A stretch of 64,000 bases of DNA, from positions 544,001-608,000 of the forward strand of contig CAWDNU010000001.1 in the NCBI GenBank assembly GCA_963803705.1, in the 5' to 3' direction. This document shows positions 59,701 to 64,000 of the stretch, one piece after another (position 1 is the first letter of the stretch; each line of letters begins with the position of its first letter). The notes beneath the pieces are model-generated. The model was not told where the DNA came from and ran no database searches. It saw only the letters and a list, made by a program, of their open reading frames with translations. The translations under genes and the position numbers were made by a program. The DNA comes from an uncultured Pseudobdellovibrionaceae bacterium. Its GTDB lineage: Bacteria; Bdellovibrionota; Bdellovibrionia; Bdellovibrionales; UBA1609.

Positions 59701-59843
59701 CTGGAACTCTTCTAACGCTAATTTGGGTACCTGCTGCTTATGGCATTTTAGAAGACTTTGACAGTCTAATTAAGAATAGAGTTGTTCCTTTTATAAAAGA
59801 ACTTTTCGGAAAGTACATATACAAATCAAAGGCAGCAAATTGA
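56703..59843 (+). CDS. RND efflux permease (AcrB/AcrD/AcrF family)
   Basis: ESFPSV, ITKPIED, GMMVDNSVVISEN, TTIAAFLPM, RLRAVFVTSLTT; ATG 56703. Confidence 0.93.
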   Translation: MKSLALFFIENTKLTIVLSVGLIFFGYNGYNQMNAESFPSVSFATATVVTVYDGATSSDIETKITKPIEDEIRGVTGLKDVKSVSQAGLSTIVVRVDMDDSKVDVDKAMADIQKAVDRVQDLPMDLKDQPKFTELKSDEFPVMEIAIIGSNKDRRRDLVTDLMKEDIEDNRSVKQVRLVGYRERAFEIYLDLEKLESNYISVNEVMMKIQSRNSNTPGGPLRASKNQKLVRVEGKIQNVKDLEKLVVRSNFSGKTILLGDIAEIKDSQEEATVLGRYNGKEASLLVVNKKSGADTIKMVSELDEILADYKSRIKDLDFVLYISEGLKVKNRVEVLKSNALSGLVLVIIFLFIFLPGKIGLVASMSLPLAIMGTLGVMPTFGMNIDAITVLALVIALGMMVDNSVVISENFTRLRKDGMPALDAATKSIETLWLPITATAFTTIAAFLPMLVTKGIMGQFIMAIPIVVTMALMLSLLESFFFLPMRLTWAGKKLKTDGKDDTSDWFTKFESKFESFMSVVVKHRYITSLFFGLCVGFSLFMMVAMNSFELFPADQTEVYLARLEMPRGTRLEETHEKLKLISTEVKNVLKDDVNHIISRAGTSQMGPGDPKAQDGNSVGMLTIYVSDYAKYNRPYTDVLKDLKKIKPDYVKSLSFQEVINGPPVGNAIEATFRSNSEKDIDKMIGQVISELEKNKGVENLNVDDVIGDDEVFVDIDYSKSARLGINVNTVGSTIRTAISGNRVSDVTLDNKEVDLVLRLKENYRQDVDALKKLVVNDPKGNLVVLDSFADFRVESGTPQIKRFDFKRSKTLTGDVDNINITSIEANKIVNDYFEKHKDEIPGISLVFGGAQESTNESMSSLFSALQLSLIGIFALLVFLFKSYLRPAIIMTTIPLGLFGFSIAFYLHQRPISFLALIGIIGLGGIIVNSGIVLISFIDEMKAEGKFSLNDILVKASGMRLRAVFVTSLTTVGGLFPTAYGIGGNDALLIPMTLAMAWGLTSGTLLTLIWVPAAYGILEDFDSLIKNRVVPFIKELFGKYIYKSKAAN

Positions 59844-60499
59844 ATTCTGTAGAGACTAGTAAATCTACTAAAGACAAAATCCTGCAGACAGCTAATACGC
59901 TATTTGCAAAAAATGGCTTTGGTAGAACCTCGGTCCGAGATATCGCTAGCGAAGCTAATGTTAATCTAGCGGCAATAAACTATCATTTTAAAAATAAAGA
60001 CAACTTGTACTTGCAAGTTTTTCAGTACAATTTCGATTGGATTAGCTTTGGTATACAAGGTCTAAATGAAGAGAGCATAGACACTGCAGAACTTGCGGTT
60101 CGAACCTTCAGATTTTTCTTACAAGAAAAAACAGCTATAACTAATATCTTTAAAATCTTTCTATCAGATCACTCTGCACTTTATGATGACGTACTTGATT
60201 TAAACAGAGACAGTCAAGAGATGTTCGGTCCCCCTGGCCAAGAGGTGTTTCTAAGTAAGATATCTAAAGATGTCTCAAAGAGGGTTTCGTCAGAGAGTCA
60301 GGTATGGATTATGAAGGCTGTCTTTACCCAAGTGGCTCATTACGGTTTGATGATGGGGACAGAATTTTTCAAAAGGAAGTGCAACCACGACTATGGTATG
60401 GCACCGGATGCTATTGAGCATCAAATAAGATCTGTTGTTATGGCCTTGATTCAATATGCAAATGATAATCCTAAAAAAAACCTAATGGGTCCAGTTTAA
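59840..60499 (+). CDS. TetR/AcrR family transcriptional regulator
   Basis: TKDKILQTANTLFAKNGF..TSVRDIASEANVNLAAINYHFKNKDNLY; TTGA overlap with the RND stop. Confidence 0.93.
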   Translation: MNSVETSKSTKDKILQTANTLFAKNGFGRTSVRDIASEANVNLAAINYHFKNKDNLYLQVFQYNFDWISFGIQGLNEESIDTAELAVRTFRFFLQEKTAITNIFKIFLSDHSALYDDVLDLNRDSQEMFGPPGQEVFLSKISKDVSKRVSSESQVWIMKAVFTQVAHYGLMMGTEFFKRKCNHDYGMAPDAIEHQIRSVVMALIQYANDNPKKNLMGPV

Positions 60500-60583
60500 G
60501 ACTATAAAATTATTTTTGCAGTTTAAATTGACCGATAAGTTATAGTGATAAAGTTAAAAGATTTTAATAACCATATTAAAATT

Positions 60584-62080
60584 ATGGCGCTGAAGCGTCT
60601 TATGCTTAGCTTCATAATTCTAGTTGTTTGTTTATCTAAAACATTGGCTGAAACAGTTCATATTAGACTTAAGGCAGATAATTTGGAGGAATCACGATCT
60701 GAAAGTAGTTTGAAGCCGCTGACGTTACAAATTTTTCAAAAGATTTCAGTTAAATTGCCTGCTGCTAGTTTTTTAATTTCAGGATATTTATGTACATCAT
60801 CGTTCAGTAATAGTGATTCAAAAGAATTTTTTTTTAAACCTAAAGCTCTAAAAAAGCTATTGGTGACAAAAGGTATTCCAGCCAGAAAAGTTCGTATTCA
60901 ATGCTTAGACTCGAATTCTTTAATAGCTAATGAAAGAAAGGATAAAGCCTTTTTAGAAAGTAAGATAACGGTAATATCAATCTATGGTATCTCTGAGGTT
61001 GAAGCAGTTGCGCTTAGGGATGCCGTAAATAAATCAAACATATTTACAGTCTCTAAGGATGGCAACGGTGTAATTAACAAATATATCGAAAATATTAGTG
61101 AATACCAAGTTGAAGATAAAGCTGCGCGTGATCTGGTAAATTCAACCAAAAAAGATTGGCCCGTATTTATTGATGTTGAAAGATCTAATTTGCCAGATAC
61201 GAAAACTAAAGACTATTTGAAGCCGGTAGAAAAACCCGAGTTTGTCGATGTTGTTAATATTTATGACTTTTATAAAGATCAAAAAAAGCTAAGTCCTTCC
61301 AATTTAAAGCAAATTAGATCTACGGCTAAAGAGTCCGCACCCATTGAAAAAGCTAAAGCAATAGCCAACATTATAAGGAAAACAAGCACAAATACTAAAA
61401 TCAAAAACAAAATTATTAGAAAAATTGAGAAAGATAAATCTAGCAGCTACCTTATAGGGTACTCTTTGATGGACAAGGAGCTTGTGGCCGAGCGACCAGG
61501 ATTTAAGGCGACTTGGGTGACAGATCAAAATATGAATATATTTTTAGGTTACCGCTACAAACTAAATAAAAAGTATATTTTAGGTGCTAAAATTAATTAT
61601 AATCTGCAAGAATTTAAGGGTGAAGAAAATACTTTATTTGATTGGAACAATACGACACCAAACCTAATCAAATTATCGGCATCGTTAGATTATACTATCG
61701 ATAAACAATGGAACTTGGGCTTTGATTTGAATTACTTTGAGGAAAGCTTCGTTGTAACTCGTGGCTTAGATATTAGTCTTGAAAAAGCTGGCTTGTTGGG
61801 GTTTTCAGGTCGAGGCGAGCGCATAATTTTAGACAATGAATCGATAAAAACGGTTACAAATTTAACAGTTGATTTTGCAGTCGGCGGAGGGAGTTCTGTT
61901 GGATTCAACACAGGATATAGTGCGACTTGGAGTGCAGATCTAAACTTTAAAAGAATGCTTGAAAACTACGATTTGGCCATTGGAGCGTTTCTTGGTGTGC
62001 GAAGGTTCAGCACGGTTCAGAATATTCAAAGTGAAACAATAGCGGGTATCCAATTGCAATTTAAAGATAAAAGTTGGTAG
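60584..62080 (+). CDS. hypothetical outer-membrane protein: degenerate OmpA-C-like N-domain plus C-terminal beta-barrel-like region
   Basis: Signal peptide ending TLA; ISGY...LKKLLVTKGIPARKV......LIANE; amphipathic strands in the last ~210 aa. Confidence 0.55.
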   Translation: MALKRLMLSFIILVVCLSKTLAETVHIRLKADNLEESRSESSLKPLTLQIFQKISVKLPAASFLISGYLCTSSFSNSDSKEFFFKPKALKKLLVTKGIPARKVRIQCLDSNSLIANERKDKAFLESKITVISIYGISEVEAVALRDAVNKSNIFTVSKDGNGVINKYIENISEYQVEDKAARDLVNSTKKDWPVFIDVERSNLPDTKTKDYLKPVEKPEFVDVVNIYDFYKDQKKLSPSNLKQIRSTAKESAPIEKAKAIANIIRKTSTNTKIKNKIIRKIEKDKSSSYLIGYSLMDKELVAERPGFKATWVTDQNMNIFLGYRYKLNKKYILGAKINYNLQEFKGEENTLFDWNNTTPNLIKLSASLDYTIDKQWNLGFDLNYFEESFVVTRGLDISLEKAGLLGFSGRGERIILDNESIKTVTNLTVDFAVGGGSSVGFNTGYSATWSADLNFKRMLENYDLAIGAFLGVRRFSTVQNIQSETIAGIQLQFKDKSW

Positions 62081-62133
62081 CGGGAATCAAATTTTGAATC
62101 TGAATGTTGCGGCTAAGACAAAAGTAGAACTGG

Positions 62134-62661
62134 TTACTTAAACCAGAGGTCGAACTGTGCTTTAGTAAATAAAGGTTTCATCTTAAGCTTGCTTTCAACT
62201 ATCTTAGTTTCGTTCTGTTGATTATCACCTCGATAAATAACGCATAAAACAGTGTCTACTATCGCGCCCTGGTCTCTTAAGGCCTTGGTGCTAAGTGCTA
62301 CCTGTCCACCAGTCGTAATCACATCCTCAATTATACAAACTTTTTTACCTTTGAAGTTTGGGCCTTCAGCAAGTTTAGCTGTGCCGTAAGCTTTAGGTTC
62401 TTTACGAACCAAAATGGTCGACAAGCCCGTTTCTAAAGACAAAGCAGTAGCTATAGGAATTCCACCTACTTCAAGGCCTGCTAGAAGTTCGGTATCAGCG
62501 GGAATAAGGGACTTTAATTCTAAAGCAATAGACTTCAGTAATTCTGGTTGGCATTCAAATTGATATTTATCGAAATACTCAGTGGACGTTTTTCCCGATC
62601 TTAACAAAAACTGACCAGCCAAATGAGAGACGTCATATATTTTTTTAGCTAAGACTTTCAC
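62134..62661 (-). CDS. pyrE: orotate phosphoribosyltransferase
   Basis: GQFLLRSG..S.EYFDKY, GLEVGGIP, VRKEPKAYGT, IIEDVITTGG. Confidence 0.93.
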   Translation of the reverse strand: MKVLAKKIYDVSHLAGQFLLRSGKTSTEYFDKYQFECQPELLKSIALELKSLIPADTELLAGLEVGGIPIATALSLETGLSTILVRKEPKAYGTAKLAEGPNFKGKKVCIIEDVITTGGQVALSTKALRDQGAIVDTVLCVIYRGDNQQNETKIVESKLKMKPLFTKAQFDLWFK

Positions 62662-62690
62662 TTTAAATTCCTTAAATTTTCCTAAGCAAT

Positions 62691-63752
62691 CTAGATAGAT
62701 TTTGCTTTAGGTGCATTAAAACTTATTCTATTTTTTTTTCGTTCTTCCCAAAGCTCTCTAGCATATTTTCTCATGTCTTCAACCGAGTCAAACTCGTCGA
62801 CAATTTCGACACCAAGCAGAGTCTCTACAACGTCTTCTAATGTCACGATGCCCGTGGTGACTCCGTAGTCATCGATAACAATAAATATGTGTTCTTTTCT
62901 TTTAATAAATTGGTCTAAACACGCGGCTACGGATGCTTCTTCTGGGACAGAGTGAATCGGTTTCATAAAGTTGTCGATTGTCATCTCATCAAGATCTTGG
63001 GCGTAAGCTTCCATAAGTTTATACCTTAAGATAGCACCTTCAATATTATCCATTGTCTCGTCAAAAACAGGAATTCTGGAAAATTGAATGGTCTTGTGAT
63101 CGTTGAAAATTTCACCAACAGTCAGTTTCTTTTCAAATCCAAAAACTACTGATCTTGGTGTCATAATATCGGTAACACTTATTTTATTAAGCATAAGCAG
63201 GTTTCTGATTACTAAGGATTCTTTTTTATTTATGGTGCCTTCATCTGCACTAAGTTCAGCGGTCATAATCATCTCTTCGCGAGTGACTTTCTGGGATTCC
63301 TCACCGCCTAAGACAGAACTTATTACTTCAGACATTATAACGAATGGATAAGTAATATATATAAGTAAAGAGATTGTAAAAGCCGCAAACGGAGCCACTT
63401 TTTTCCAATAGACGGTGCCTAGAGTTTTAGGAATAATTTCTGAAAATATTAGGATTACAATGGTAAGAAGTCCCGAAGCAATAGCAAGCTTTGTGTCGCC
63501 ATAAATTATCAAGACTTGGGCACCAACGCCTGCAGAACCTAAAGTGTTGGCAATAGTATTTAGTGTAAGTATAGCTGCCAAAGGTCTATCAATCTGCTGT
63601 TTAAGTTTTAATAACCTAGTTCCAACAATCGGAGATTCGGTGGTTTTTACGGCTATGTAGGCTGGTGTAACAGATAAAATAACAGATTCTAAAAGTGAAC
63701 AAAGAAAAGATACAACAACTGCAAGGCAGACATAAAAGATTAATAAGCCCAT
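62691..63752 (-). CDS. CNNM (DUF21) + CBS-pair protein (CorB/hemolysin-like)
   Basis: SFLCSLLESVILS, AILTLNTIAN, SEIIPKTLG, IMTPR, FSRIPV, DDYG...GIVTLEDVVETLLG.EIVDE. Confidence 0.92.
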   Translation of the reverse strand: MGLLIFYVCLAVVVSFLCSLLESVILSVTPAYIAVKTTESPIVGTRLLKLKQQIDRPLAAILTLNTIANTLGSAGVGAQVLIIYGDTKLAIASGLLTIVILIFSEIIPKTLGTVYWKKVAPFAAFTISLLIYITYPFVIMSEVISSVLGGEESQKVTREEMIMTAELSADEGTINKKESLVIRNLLMLNKISVTDIMTPRSVVFGFEKKLTVGEIFNDHKTIQFSRIPVFDETMDNIEGAILRYKLMEAYAQDLDEMTIDNFMKPIHSVPEEASVAACLDQFIKRKEHIFIVIDDYGVTTGIVTLEDVVETLLGVEIVDEFDSVEDMRKYARELWEERKKNRISFNAPKAKSI

Positions 63753-64000
63753 TACTAAAAGAGCCTAGCTGTATTTAAAAAATTGATTTTAACTTTTAAG
63801 TGAAGAGCTATAAAGCTCATAATCAGGGGAACCGGGTCGTCGTCCATAATATTAAATATCACTCCTATGTGATTAGTATTTAAGTCATTATTTACCATGA
63901 CTAATTAAATGAGTATACTGTTCTTATCGTCATAATGGCCAGATCTTTGAATAACTAACCAAGTTCCAAATGCCATTAAAAGTGTAACATAATAAATTCA

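Noticed and set aside
63755..64000. Partial gene at the right edge
   Set aside because: All three minus-strand frames stop within short distances and no family is recognisable.

Overview
AT-rich bacterial chromosome segment, most consistent with a Bdellovibrionota (Bdellovibrionales-like) genome; this is inferred from gene content and order, not from a search. A tRNA-Pro(TGG) at 29321-29397 separates two halves. The left half is accessory-looking. It holds a ClC-F-type channel, two MscS channels, an SLC12/CCC-like transporter, many exported hypotheticals and a methyltransferase-TupA ATP-grasp fusion split by one UGA. It also holds a compact 7-gene minus-strand operon: class III aminotransferase, C-N hydrolase, VOC protein, large PLP decarboxylase, ATP-grasp ligase with a histone-H1-like tail, C45 Ntn-hydrolase and aldehyde dehydrogenase. 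The right half is mostly housekeeping: rpsR, rpmB, short rplX, hppA, metG, lpxD, infA, tex-like, topA, prc, 2-oxo-acid dehydrogenase E1, TolC-RND-TetR, pyrE and a CNNM protein. The best candidate for an undescribed system is the amine make/ligate/oxidise/deacylate operon. Other notable signals are three genes that appear to start at AUC/AUU behind well-spaced SD sites, several frameshift or readthrough candidates confined to the left half, a signal-peptide-bearing cold-shock-fold protein, and a 73-bp long inverted repeat element. No CRISPR array, rRNA, integrase or transposase was seen.
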